From NCBI GenBank assembly GCA_965222615.1, contig CBDCUI010000009.1, forward strand, positions 352,001 through 416,000: a DNA stretch of 64,000 nucleotides, read 5' to 3'. Shown in pieces: positions 21,020 through 30,862 of this stretch. Position 1 is the first letter of the stretch, and each line of letters begins with the position of its first letter. The notes below the pieces were generated by a model. It had not been told where the DNA came from and did not search any database. It worked only from the letters and a program-made list of their open reading frames with translations. The DNA is from Gammaproteobacteria bacterium (GTDB taxonomy: Bacteria; Pseudomonadota; Gammaproteobacteria; UBA4575). A program made the position numbers and the translations under genes.

Positions 21020-21577
21020 TTATTTGCAATGTAAAAGATCCCATTGCCCACTAAGAGGATGTAACCGCCAAGGGTATTTATCCTGCTTGACTGAGACCCA
21101 GTAAGGCCACCCAGCCTTACGCCACGGATCATAGACCATACCCTGCTGCCAACTCGAATTCTCGGCATAAATCACTAAGGTATTATGCTCACTTAATAAA
21201 CTGCCATGTTTGGCAACCAGCCAATCAAATTGTACGCTACCTTGGTTTACTCGCTGAATTCTTGAATATAAGTCCTTAGCCCAGTGGCAACAAAGTCCAC
21301 GCTCTCTTATGCCTAATTTGACGAGAAAATTGTGATATTGAGGTGGATTCGTCATTCGATACCCCTGAGCCAATTCTGCAGTAGATGTAACCAATACTTG
21401 AGAGATCAGCTTTGCATCTTCAGCATGTATAGAACTCGATAATGATGTGATAGCAGCTTCTAATTGACGTGCGTTATCCACAACGTCAGCAGATGAACGT
21501 ATGTGAGTACAGCTTATAAGGCTTATAAGGCTTATAAGGCTTATAAACAGTACAATAGTTACAGCATACTTCAGCAC
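21020..21577 (-). CDS. Hypothetical lipoprotein
   Basis: Lipobox LISC after a hydrophobic stretch; GLCCHW..EHN..YDPWR could be a Cys-His-Asp triad; start moved to GTG at 21577. Confidence 0.7.
   Translation of the reverse strand: MLKYAVTIVLFISLISLISLISCTHIRSSADVVDNARQLEAAITSLSSSIHAEDAKLISQVLVTSTAELAQGYRMTNPPQYHNFLVKLGIRERGLCCHWAKDLYSRIQRVNQGSVQFDWLVAKHGSLLSEHNTLVIYAENSSWQQGMVYDPWRKAGWPYWVSVKQDKYPWRLHPLSGQWDLLHCK
21512..21546. repeat. 9-bp tandem repeat (GCTTATAAG)x~4
   Basis: Read directly; encodes ISL-ISL-ISL in the signal peptide. Confidence 0.9.
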
Positions 21578-21614
21578 AAGCTTAACTAGTACTTCAAAAC
21601 TAGCGTTAAAGGTT

Positions 21615-22019
21615 TTAATCAGGCCTAAATGCGTATTTACCACTGCCAAGTAATAGTATTGCCAGGGCACCGAACAAGTAAAACCCTTGTAACTCCAAGG
21701 CCCATCCTCCATGATTGGTTAAGCTAAACAATTCATGCGCATGCACGAGGATAATGGCAATAATCATATTGACTACGATCAAAAAGCCACCAAAACGTGC
21801 ATATAAGCCAAAAATTATCATAAGCGGGGCCACAATCTCTCCAATATACACCCCGTAAGCGATAAGCTCTGGCCATCCAAAACTCGCAAGTTGCCCTTTT
21901 ATAAATGCCAGCGAACCTAAATCGATCAGCTTTGCTACGCCATGGAAAAGCATAAAGCCCCCTACCATAAGGCGTAATATCAATTTACCAATATCGTCGT
22001 TTTTATATAATGCACTCAT
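21615..22019 (-). CDS. DoxX family membrane protein
   Basis: LILRLMVGGFMLFHGVAK, GGWALE, LLGSGKYA. Confidence 0.9.
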   Translation of the reverse strand: MSALYKNDDIGKLILRLMVGGFMLFHGVAKLIDLGSLAFIKGQLASFGWPELIAYGVYIGEIVAPLMIIFGLYARFGGFLIVVNMIIAIILVHAHELFSLTNHGGWALELQGFYLFGALAILLLGSGKYAFRPD

Positions 22020-22067
22020 AGTTACCTCCCATTACGTAACAACCAATTTAGTCCTGAGTATCTGTTA

Positions 22068-22267
22068 TCATTCTTTGTTACGAAGCTCAGTGACTTGCAC
22101 ACCGGCAATACCCCAATCATCCGTATCTATTTCTTCAATACTCACAAAAGTCGTAGACGGATTTTCCCCTAAAATGCTTTGTAGCAAATCCGTTACGCCT
22201 CGAATAAGCGCTTTTTTTGTTTCTTAGTAGCATCTTCTTTAGTAATTTTAATATTGACGTAAGGCAT
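22068..22267 (-). pseudogene. 4-oxalocrotonate tautomerase family gene split by a frameshift
   Basis: MPYVNIKITKEDATKKQK continues in the -1 frame as ALIRGVTDLLQSILGENPSTTFVSIEEIDTDDWGIAG; the shift is in an A7 run at 22212-22218. Confidence 0.85.
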
Positions 22268-22495
22268 ACTTAGCTATTCATTCTGTGATTTTCATTGCTG
22301 CAACGATGCGGATACTTATTTATAAGATCCACATAAGGTTCAATTGGTGAAAAAATCCTCTATTTATACTAGGGATATTTTACTAGTAAGCTGCACTATT
22401 ATTGAAGTGGTATATGCATGATATAACGGAAAACTTATAATGCGTTTCGAAGTCATATCACTGACTTAATCTTGTAAGTATTAATCTACCTAACC

Positions 22496-23020
22496 ATGAA
22501 ATTACAAACGGCTATATTTCCGTATCTTCTCGCTGCCGGCCTAATCCTTGGCTGCGGCTATTCCAATATTCTTTACAGCAAGGATCCAGCAACCATAATC
22601 TCTGGTTGGGTAGAAAAAATACGCATTGAAAATCAAGATTTTGAGATCAAAGCTAAACTGGATACCGGGGCAAAAACTTCCTCCATTCACGCCATTGATA
22701 TCAAGACCTTTAAGAGAGATGGTGATAAATGGGTAAAATTCACCCTGGAGCTAACTGATAGTAGAGACAAAAAGCACACTTTGAAGTTGGAAAAGCCTCG
22801 CTCTAGGAGAATTAACATAAAAAACCATGATGGTGAACACGATAAAAGAATCGCAGTTGACTTACAAATATGTTTCAACGGAGATATCTACACCACTGAA
22901 TTCACACTAGCCGATCGTACCGAATACATATACGATGTATTACTTGGGCGACAGTTTCTCAAAAAAATAGCAATTGTGGATCCAAATAGAACTTTCCTTA
23001 CACTTGCCATTTGTGAGTAA
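22496..23020 (+). CDS. RimK-associated retropepsin-like aspartic protease (exported)
   Basis: GWVE, AKLDTGAKTSSIHA, FTLADR, VLLGRQFL, VDP. Confidence 0.9.
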   Translation: MKLQTAIFPYLLAAGLILGCGYSNILYSKDPATIISGWVEKIRIENQDFEIKAKLDTGAKTSSIHAIDIKTFKRDGDKWVKFTLELTDSRDKKHTLKLEKPRSRRINIKNHDGEHDKRIAVDLQICFNGDIYTTEFTLADRTEYIYDVLLGRQFLKKIAIVDPNRTFLTLAICE

Positions 23021-23096
23021 GCACATTTATCTATAATCTACGACTTCGACGAACGCTGTTTGTTAAAAACATAATCTCTGCATAGCATTCTAGATT

Positions 23097-24629
23097 ATGC
23101 ATAAAATAGTTATCATATTTTGGTCTTTGTTATTCACCTTGGTTGGGTTAGCTATTTTCATTCATAAGACTATTAATCTTGATATTCCTTTAAAAGCAAA
23201 CCAACAAGCTGAAATTTGGACCGTTCAAGCCCGCCTGAGTTTTGAAAGTGACAAAAGAAACGTAAAGGCAAAACTATATGTGCCGAATGTAACTCCTGGT
23301 TACATTAAATTAGATGAACATTTCATCTCAGGTAAGTTTGGGCTCAATGTAAAAGTACATGGAGATAGAAAAACTGCCAATTGGGCAATCCGTAAAGCGG
23401 ATGGAGAACAAACACTTTATTATCGTACAACTGTCACCAAGACTGATACAAGCTCTGATTGGCTAGAAATCCCAAGCTATCCTGAAGCACCTGAATTTGA
23501 CGAACCCTATACAACTGCAATTGCCAAGATTATTGAAGATGTGCGCAGTCAATCTGCGGACACCGCTTCTTTTACACACGAACTAATTGAGCAACTTAAA
23601 TCTTCGGATACAAATGAAAATATTTCTTTGGTAAGGAATCTAGCTCGCTCAGATGATGAATTCGCGGACTTAATCATGAAGTTGCTTTCTGTTGGCCACA
23701 TACCAACGCGTAAACTCTGGGCGGTTGGTCTAACTGATGCGGCAAATTATGTCGAACCACTTGTGTTATTCCAAGCATATAATGGAGATAAGTGGATTAC
23801 ATTTGATCCAAAAACTGGCAAGACTGGTATCCCTGCTAATCATATAATCTGGAAAGTTGGTGGTGAAACTTTATTTGATGTTGAAAATGGTAAAAATACT
23901 GAATTAACTTTTGCCGTTACGAAATCGTATATTGAACTGCTTGATGTTGCTAAACGTAAAGCTAAACAAAAAGGTTCAATCTTTGCCAACTTCACTCTAT
24001 TTTCACTACCAGTACAAATTCAAAATACCTATAGCTTGATATTAATGGTCCCAGTCGGAGCATTACTCGTTGTTTTCATGCGCACTTTTATTGGCGTGCA
24101 AACATTTGGAACATTTATGCCGATCTTGATCGCGCTGGCCTTTCGTGAAACACAACTGGTCTGGGGAATAGCCTTGTTTATAGGTATTGTATTTATTGGT
24201 TTGTTAATCCGATTCTATTTAGAAAGACTGAGACTGTTATTAATTCCCCGATTGGCTGTGATCTTAGTTGTTGTGGTAATTTTAATGCTACTAATTAGCT
24301 TCATAACCAGCAGATTAGGTCTTGATCGTTTGCTTTCTGTATCATTATTTCCAATGGTAATCCTTGCTATGACGATTGAGCGCATGTCTATTACATGGGA
24401 AGAAAATGGTGCTCAAACTGCATTACTGCAAGGTTTAGGTAGTTTAGTAGTCGCCTGCTTAGGTTACATGTTTATGACCGATAAAGGATTAACCTACTTA
24501 ATGTTTGTATTCCCCGAGTTACTTTTAGTCATATTAGGCATTTGTCTTTGGATGGGGCGTTACACGGGGTATCGACTGAATGAATTAATTAGATTTCGAG
24601 AAATGGCATCTCATACAGATAAATCATGA
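23097..24629 (+). CDS. Inactive transglutaminase plus 7TM domain protein
   Basis: GVQTFGTFMPILIALAF, LFPMVILAMTIER, GRYTGYRLNELIRF. Confidence 0.9.
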   Translation: MHKIVIIFWSLLFTLVGLAIFIHKTINLDIPLKANQQAEIWTVQARLSFESDKRNVKAKLYVPNVTPGYIKLDEHFISGKFGLNVKVHGDRKTANWAIRKADGEQTLYYRTTVTKTDTSSDWLEIPSYPEAPEFDEPYTTAIAKIIEDVRSQSADTASFTHELIEQLKSSDTNENISLVRNLARSDDEFADLIMKLLSVGHIPTRKLWAVGLTDAANYVEPLVLFQAYNGDKWITFDPKTGKTGIPANHIIWKVGGETLFDVENGKNTELTFAVTKSYIELLDVAKRKAKQKGSIFANFTLFSLPVQIQNTYSLILMVPVGALLVVFMRTFIGVQTFGTFMPILIALAFRETQLVWGIALFIGIVFIGLLIRFYLERLRLLLIPRLAVILVVVVILMLLISFITSRLGLDRLLSVSLFPMVILAMTIERMSITWEENGAQTALLQGLGSLVVACLGYMFMTDKGLTYLMFVFPELLLVILGICLWMGRYTGYRLNELIRFREMASHTDKS

Positions 24630-25570
24630 TAACTGTTGCAAGCCCCAATGTACTTAGGGACAACGGTGTCCTAGGTATTAACCAACGCAATGCTGATTAC
24701 ATCATGCGGTATAACCCACGACGTTTGTATCCGTTAGTTGACGACAAACTACAAACAAAGCACCTTGCTCAGAAAGCCGGTATTGCAGTACCAAAATTAT
24801 ATGCAATTATCAAAATTAATCACCAACTCAAATCACTTGGAGACCTGCTCGATGAAAATAGTCACGCGGTAATCAAGCCTGCACATGGCAGTGGTGGAAA
24901 CGGCATCATGGTGCTAAATGGTAAAGTAGGAAGGCTATTCAAACAATCAAATGGTGATTTGATAAGCTTAAATGCAGTAAGACATTACATCACGAATATT
25001 TTATCGGGGATGTATAGTCTTGGTGGATTATCCGATTATGCCTTTCTAGAATATCGAGTACGGTTCGATCCAATTTTTAGTGATATCAGCTTTAAGGGCG
25101 TTCCTGATATACGAATTATCGTTTTTAGAGGAATCCCGGTAGCAGCAATGATTCGTTTACCGACGAGTAAATCAAATGGCAAAGCAAATTTACATCAGGG
25201 TGCGATCGGCGTTGGCATCGACCTCACAACGGGTAAAACTAATCATGCAGTGGTAGGTAATACGTTAACTGCATTGCACCCCGATACCGGCAATTGTGTG
25301 AGCGATATACAAATTCCAAAATGGAATAAAATATTACAAATCGCAGTCAAGTGTGCAGATACCGTTGGTTTAGGTTATCTTGGTGTAGATATTGTCATCG
25401 ATCGCATTCTTGGACCTCTAATGCTTGAACTAAATGCTAGACCAGGGTTAAATGTACAACTTGCAAACAAAACTGGACTTCAAAAAATATTAAAAAAAAT
25501 AGAAAAAATAAAAAATATTCCTGACGATGTTAATGCACGCGTGGAATTTATGCGTTCCATGCATTCTTGA
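24626..25570 (+). CDS. Alpha-L-glutamate ligase-like ATP-grasp protein (RimK-related)
   Basis: GINQRN, YPLVDDKL, KPAHGSGG, GVPDIR, ANLHQG, ELNARPGL. Confidence 0.92.
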   Translation: MITVASPNVLRDNGVLGINQRNADYIMRYNPRRLYPLVDDKLQTKHLAQKAGIAVPKLYAIIKINHQLKSLGDLLDENSHAVIKPAHGSGGNGIMVLNGKVGRLFKQSNGDLISLNAVRHYITNILSGMYSLGGLSDYAFLEYRVRFDPIFSDISFKGVPDIRIIVFRGIPVAAMIRLPTSKSNGKANLHQGAIGVGIDLTTGKTNHAVVGNTLTALHPDTGNCVSDIQIPKWNKILQIAVKCADTVGLGYLGVDIVIDRILGPLMLELNARPGLNVQLANKTGLQKILKKIEKIKNIPDDVNARVEFMRSMHS

Positions 25571-25598
25571 GACGAAAACTAACATAGGGATTAGTGAT

Positions 25599-27041
25599 AT
25601 GACGGAGTATTTGGGTTTAATTAAAAACCTATTTTTTTTATTTTATGCTATGAGCTTATTTACTTTACAGCAAATAAGCTATGCAAAAGAATCAGACTCA
25701 GTTACGCCGCAAACTGAAATCGTAACAGAAGACTCTAGCAAAACTGAATCAGTCACTGAAAGTGAACAAGCTATTTCCCCAGTTGTTACCGCTGCCAATA
25801 CCGTGGAGGGTGAACAAACTGAGAAACCAGCTGTTGCGCCGAACGTTGACTTAAAAGAAGTTGCACCACCTCCTGAGCCTGTTGTTACTTCACCCGAAGC
25901 CATAGAGAAAGAACCTGAAAAAGCTGCTACTGAAAAACAATCACCTGCTGTCGAAGAACAAAAAACTAGCAAACCTGACGTAGCAAAAACTACAGAAATA
26001 GACTCATCTACACGCGAAAAGTTAATAATTCTAGGCTCGGAAGTCCCAGCCGGTACCTCTACGCGGCTTGCATGGTCCCCACAGATTTCTATATCAGGCC
26101 TTTCTATTCCAACACCTGTTTTAGTCATTAATGGAAAAAAGCCAGGGCCAAGTATCTGCCTAACCAGTGCAATACATGGTGATGAATTAAATGGCATTGA
26201 AGTTGTGCGCCGCGTGATGTATGACATCAATCCTGAAAAATTTAACGGTACGCTTATTGGAGTACCAATCGTCAATTTACAAGGCTTTCAACGCGGTTCT
26301 AGATATTTATCCGATCGCCGCGACTTGAATCGTTATTTTCCAGGGGCTCCTGATGGCAGTCTTGCCTCGAGAATTGCCTATTCTTTATTTACCGAAGTCA
26401 TTAGTCACTGTGAATATTTAATTGATATCCATACCGGTTCATTAAGAAGAACAAACCTTCCTCAAATTCGTGCAGACATGTCTAATGAAAAAGTAGCTAA
26501 ATTTGTAGAGAGCTTTGACAAAATTGCCGTAGTGCATCACCGAGGCAACCCTGGCATGTTACGTACCGCAGCCAATGAAGCCAATATTGTAGCGATTACA
26601 ATGGAATTGGGTGAATCACTACGCATACAAGAAAACCAAATCGTAGCTGGCACCTATGCAGTTAATAGCATATTAGATAGATTTGAAATGTACCCCAGGA
26701 TGTTTATTTGGGGAGACTCAAAGCCAGCTTATTACGAATCTGTTTGGCTACGCGTTGAAAGTGGCGGCATTCTTTTTAGTGAAGCAGATATTGGTGACAA
26801 CGTAACCCAAGGCGATCTGTTAGGCGTAGTAACTGATCCGATTACAAATAAAAAAACAGAATTAACTTCTCCGGTAGCCGGCAATATTATTGGTATGGCA
26901 GTGAACCAGGTTGTTGTGCCCGGTTTTGCTGCCTATCACATTGGTATCGAATCTACACAAGAAGCCATGGCGAAATCCCATGACGAAACCGAATATATCG
27001 AAGATATTGAAATGGATGGTGAAGTCATCGACCCCGAGTAA
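25599..27041 (+). CDS. M14 succinylglutamate desuccinylase/aspartoacylase-family peptidase with disordered N-terminal extension
   Basis: HGDE, DLNRYFPG, IDIHTG, MELGE; signal-like N-terminus followed by an E/T/P-rich linker; start uncertain. Confidence 0.88.
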   Translation: MTEYLGLIKNLFFLFYAMSLFTLQQISYAKESDSVTPQTEIVTEDSSKTESVTESEQAISPVVTAANTVEGEQTEKPAVAPNVDLKEVAPPPEPVVTSPEAIEKEPEKAATEKQSPAVEEQKTSKPDVAKTTEIDSSTREKLIILGSEVPAGTSTRLAWSPQISISGLSIPTPVLVINGKKPGPSICLTSAIHGDELNGIEVVRRVMYDINPEKFNGTLIGVPIVNLQGFQRGSRYLSDRRDLNRYFPGAPDGSLASRIAYSLFTEVISHCEYLIDIHTGSLRRTNLPQIRADMSNEKVAKFVESFDKIAVVHHRGNPGMLRTAANEANIVAITMELGESLRIQENQIVAGTYAVNSILDRFEMYPRMFIWGDSKPAYYESVWLRVESGGILFSEADIGDNVTQGDLLGVVTDPITNKKTELTSPVAGNIIGMAVNQVVVPGFAAYHIGIESTQEAMAKSHDETEYIEDIEMDGEVIDPE

Positions 27042-27046
27042 ACCAA

Positions 27047-27114
27047 ATGAGTATTTTGAGACATTTTTTCTTAATCATTATTACAGGGACGTATCAGAAT
27101 AAATCAGAGCTTCC
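27047..27114. mobile_element. MITE copy C (right half only)
   Basis: Near-identical to 20948-21012; ends in ATAAATCAGAGCTTCC. Confidence 0.7.
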
Positions 27115-27117
27115 TTC

Positions 27118-28104
27118 TTAAAAAATTGCCATAGCCCCCCTCTTATACATAATCAGCATTAAAAAAACTAAAGTAAGAATCCAAATCAACACATAAATTG
27201 TCCTTCTGCGTTTGGCCTCCTTTTTTTTCCACCAAGTTCGAGGGCTGATGCCTTTGAAAAAAAATACAATATTACTGGCTAAATTTACGCAGGCAATATT
27301 GATTGCCAATAATAAGGCAGCACCGACAGCAAGATCATTGTTCCCATAACCCCACATAATCCCCAGTGCCGCGGCTGGTGGAAGTAACGCCACAGCAACC
27401 ATCACGCCAACTAACACACTAGACAGCCCCGTAGTTAAAGAAAGCGCTGCCGCTGCCCCGGAGGCTAATGCTAATGCAATGGCATCAGGCCCAACTTCGG
27501 TACGCGCCATCAGCTCCGCACTAAACTCATTCAAGGGCCAAAACATCCCAATCGCAACCGACATTGCGATAGCAATCACAAGCCCTACTGTAGTGGTAAT
27601 CACCGACTTAATCATCAGTGAAATATCCCCAAGAGCGGTACCCAACCCTAAGGCTAAATTAGGTCCAAGTAGTGGTGCAATTACCATCGCACCGATAATA
27701 ACTGCAACATTATTTTTGATAAGCCCAATGGCCGCGACTACAGTCGATAGAATAACTAAAAAAACATAGCTCCAATCTAAGTGTGAATTCTTTTCAACCG
27801 TTTCATAAAGAGTTTCTCGCGTTGCTGTCGCCAAATCTTCTTCTTTACGTTCACCATCAGATAATTTTGGTAAGGAGATCTCAACAGGAAGCACAACGAT
27901 TCTTGCAGAATCCTGAATATTTAAGATTTTCTGTAGTTTATCAAGCGTTTTTTGAATTTTGTCATCAGCAACCAATAGACGCATTCGTTGCATTCCATCT
28001 TCGCCTACCATACCAAGACGAAAATCGCGTGCCTCTAATTGCTCTGCGATTGCGGAAACGGTATCGATATGACCAGCATCCGCTACAACCTCAACATATT
28101 TCAT
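27118..28104 (-). CDS. TIGR00341/DUF389 family membrane protein
   Basis: IIGAMVIAPLLGP, GVMVAVALLPP, LLAINI. Confidence 0.9.
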   Translation of the reverse strand: MKYVEVVADAGHIDTVSAIAEQLEARDFRLGMVGEDGMQRMRLLVADDKIQKTLDKLQKILNIQDSARIVVLPVEISLPKLSDGERKEEDLATATRETLYETVEKNSHLDWSYVFLVILSTVVAAIGLIKNNVAVIIGAMVIAPLLGPNLALGLGTALGDISLMIKSVITTTVGLVIAIAMSVAIGMFWPLNEFSAELMARTEVGPDAIALALASGAAAALSLTTGLSSVLVGVMVAVALLPPAAALGIMWGYGNNDLAVGAALLLAINIACVNLASNIVFFFKGISPRTWWKKKEAKRRRTIYVLIWILTLVFLMLIMYKRGAMAIF

Positions 28105-28312
28105 GTTAAATGCCTTTTATTAAACGAATTACGCAATTGATGTTTTATTTTTATACAAGAAAAAGTTCACCATATAAAACTATCGAGCTTATCTTTCGCT
28201 ATCTTGCATACTTTAATTCTTACCGATAACATCCCCAGCCACTACTGAGCTACTCAATAATCCTGCTTTAATAACTGCTTACGCGTCCGTCCCATGAGTT
28301 GTCAGACTCCGA

Positions 28313-28765
28313 TCATGGTTCGATATTGCAATCACCGATGCGGTGAGCTTGAATACGCTGTGTAAACGTCATATTTTTACCTCCTAACTTGACCGACAAT
28401 ACGCCATTAATACGATTATCCTCATTTTGTATGAGTGCGGCACCGGTAGTGCCACTACTGCTTGGACAAATTAGTAAATACAGAGTCGAATTGCTAACTG
28501 CTTCGCCACTGGTGAGATTACAACCGTCAAAGGAGGGATGATCGAGAATAGGAAAATAATCGGCAGTCGCTTGACTGGTGATACATCGGTGAATACGACT
28601 ATCCGTGTAGCGCAAGCTTTCACGTAAATGTGGCATGCTGGTCTGAGTTTCAATCTCGTAAACATCTGCAGAAGTTTGTAGAGATACCGAAAAGCATATG
28701 CTTATGGCTACAACGTGAGTGATTCGAGTAGCCAACAGTGATTCCAATGCTGATTTATTCATCAA
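28313..28765 (-). CDS. DUF3617-like secreted protein
   Basis: YEIETQTSMP...RCIT...C...AHRIGDC Cys pattern. Confidence 0.65.
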   Translation of the reverse strand: MMNKSALESLLATRITHVVAISICFSVSLQTSADVYEIETQTSMPHLRESLRYTDSRIHRCITSQATADYFPILDHPSFDGCNLTSGEAVSNSTLYLLICPSSSGTTGAALIQNEDNRINGVLSVKLGGKNMTFTQRIQAHRIGDCNIEP

Positions 28766-28826
28766 TTTTCACTACTCACCTTTCGCACTTTTTCACAGTC
28801 TGCTGCTTGTAGTAATACAATCTAAT

Positions 28827-29270
28827 TTATTGTCTATTTATTACGTAATTAAGTATCTCTACAACCTGATTGGGTGTTTGCGCCCAAGCCATCGCTGCAG
28901 CATCCACCTCTTTTAACGGATGAATAATATTTTCATCATGTAATGTGATATAAGGTTTACCAAGCGCAGCACAGCAACCGGCATCAAAGGCCGCATTCCA
29001 TTGCTTGTATTTATCTCCAAAACGCACTACAGCCAAATCACATCGTTCAATTAATGTTTTGGTGCGTATACCATTTACTTTTGAAGATTTATGATCACGC
29101 CAGAAGCCATTAGATTCTTCACCTAGTACATCTCCAGCAGCATCACTGGCAGCATGATCGGTTACAGCAGATGTGAATAAAATAGGCAATTGACTCGCTT
29201 CAGCACCTTGTTTGATTTGTTGACGCCAATCCGTATGAATCTCTCCAGATAAATATACATTCCAGTTCAT
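28827..29270 (-). CDS. YtoQ family protein
   Basis: VYLSGEIHTDWR, RFGDKYKQWNAAFDAG, HPLKE. Confidence 0.92.
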   Translation of the reverse strand: MNWNVYLSGEIHTDWRQQIKQGAEASQLPILFTSAVTDHAASDAAGDVLGEESNGFWRDHKSSKVNGIRTKTLIERCDLAVVRFGDKYKQWNAAFDAGCCAALGKPYITLHDENIIHPLKEVDAAAMAWAQTPNQVVEILNYVINRQ

Positions 29271-29327
29271 AATTTCCCTTAACTCAAATAGTTGTTATAG
29301 ACGATTAAAGCTCACAAACTTAAATAC

Positions 29328-29936
29328 TTATGCGATGTAAGCTTCTCCTTTTTCAAATTTATTACGTACCAATACGATTGATGGATATTTAGTTTTCAAC
29401 TGATAATGAGGGGCATCCGGAAAGGATTTCCAGTGTCCACCCCACTCCAGCTTATCCGTTAAACCATATTCAGCAGCAGTTATATAATTTTTCTTGCTCC
29501 TTGAATATCTCCCACTGGCTGTAAAAATGCCAATATCCCAAGCAATTCCAAAATTATGAGTACTTCTCCCACCTCTTGCTTTGGTTACAATTCTCCCAGG
29601 ATTTCCGTAACGCCCTTTTCTAAATAGTTTATTTTGTTCTTCATAAGTACGCGTACCTGAGATTATTTTTACATCGATGCCATTATCTAACAACCTCAAC
29701 ATAAAATATCTAGCTTCAGACTGCGCTTTTAATGCCAGAGTTTGAATGTTTCTTTCCGTTCTTTGATCAAATGTTCCAATTCTTTGCGCAATTTTTTCAG
29801 ATTGTTTAATAAATTTATTCGCAGCGGCTTCAGTAAATTTTCCCCATTGGCCATCAAGTCTCTTTTTATACAGTTCTTCAGTTTTCAATAAGCGTTGAAA
29901 AAAGAGAACATCTTCCCCAAATAGTTCGTAGCTCAT
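29328..29936 (-). CDS. M15 family L-Ala-D-Glu-type peptidoglycan endopeptidase with N-terminal PG-binding-like segment
   Basis: SGTRTYEEQ, SxH (STH)NFGIAWD, WGGHW, DAPHYQ. Confidence 0.85.
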   Translation of the reverse strand: MSYELFGEDVLFFQRLLKTEELYKKRLDGQWGKFTEAAANKFIKQSEKIAQRIGTFDQRTERNIQTLALKAQSEARYFMLRLLDNGIDVKIISGTRTYEEQNKLFRKGRYGNPGRIVTKARGGRSTHNFGIAWDIGIFTASGRYSRSKKNYITAAEYGLTDKLEWGGHWKSFPDAPHYQLKTKYPSIVLVRNKFEKGEAYIA

Positions 29937-30046
29937 AATTTACGTTTTTTTTAAGCTAAATAGTTTTATTGGTTGTATTCGTACTCAAACTCATAAAGAT
30001 GTTTACCATCTACAATATCAATAAGCATCTTTCCAGCTTGTATTTT

Positions 30047-30775
30047 TTATACCCCACGAGCCTGGTGAGGCGTTTTCATATACCATACAAGAGAAATTAT
30101 AAGTAATAACAAAAATAGATACATGGCTTTTCGCCAAACACTAGTATATTTTTTTAAGATATCAACTTCATTTACATAGATAGTTTCACAAGCCCCATTT
30201 CCTTGGTCATCACGTGTAATACTCGTTCCGCGTGTTCCTCCATTACCTAAGTTTTTATAGTTCGCCAACCACCCTTTAATTCTTATTTGGTCACCGATAT
30301 TAATGCCTCTAAGTTTTTTTTGTGCATGTTTGTAATCAGTCAACAAATGATTATTCGACAATTGGTTAATATTAAAGCTTTCCCAAGCTTGTTGATTCCT
30401 TGTACTGTAGTTACAAGTAAACTGACCGTTCCAAAAATCTATATCATTTAATTGATTATTGGTTGCATTTTCGCCCCATACCACGCAAAAGTCGGCTACA
30501 TTAATGTGGTCGCGCCAGAGTTTGTGTAAATTATAGTTGCCATCGTGATGTTCATATGACACTACCAATCCAAATAGCTCATAGTCATACAAGGGCTGAA
30601 TTTCATATTCAATATCATTGACTTTCTTTACAAATGCCGGTTTTTCAATCTTAGCCTGAGTAGGCTCTTGGTTCAATTGATCAACAATATTTAGATTTTC
30701 AGATAAATCATTTCTGTTCCAAAAACTTATAAGCAGCAGAAAAAAGCTTATAACAATAAGTATTTTTGGAAACAT
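30047..30775 (-). CDS. Hypothetical membrane-anchored protein
   Basis: N- and C-terminal TM segments; SNNHLL, TSITRDDQGNGACE. Confidence 0.75.
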   Translation of the reverse strand: MFPKILIVISFFLLLISFWNRNDLSENLNIVDQLNQEPTQAKIEKPAFVKKVNDIEYEIQPLYDYELFGLVVSYEHHDGNYNLHKLWRDHINVADFCVVWGENATNNQLNDIDFWNGQFTCNYSTRNQQAWESFNINQLSNNHLLTDYKHAQKKLRGINIGDQIRIKGWLANYKNLGNGGTRGTSITRDDQGNGACETIYVNEVDILKKYTSVWRKAMYLFLLLLIISLVWYMKTPHQARGV

Positions 30776-30862
30776 TTTTTACTTTTAAATATGAGTCACA
30801 CAATTCAGCTAAATGTAGGATGATAAGATCAAACGTGATGAATTAATTATCAATTATTGGAA

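Noticed and set aside
20948-27114. 65-bp direct repeats as attL/attR or dif-like sites
   Set aside because: They align with one half of the MITE at 48455-48596, lack XerC/XerD consensus, and have no adjacent tRNA or phage integrase
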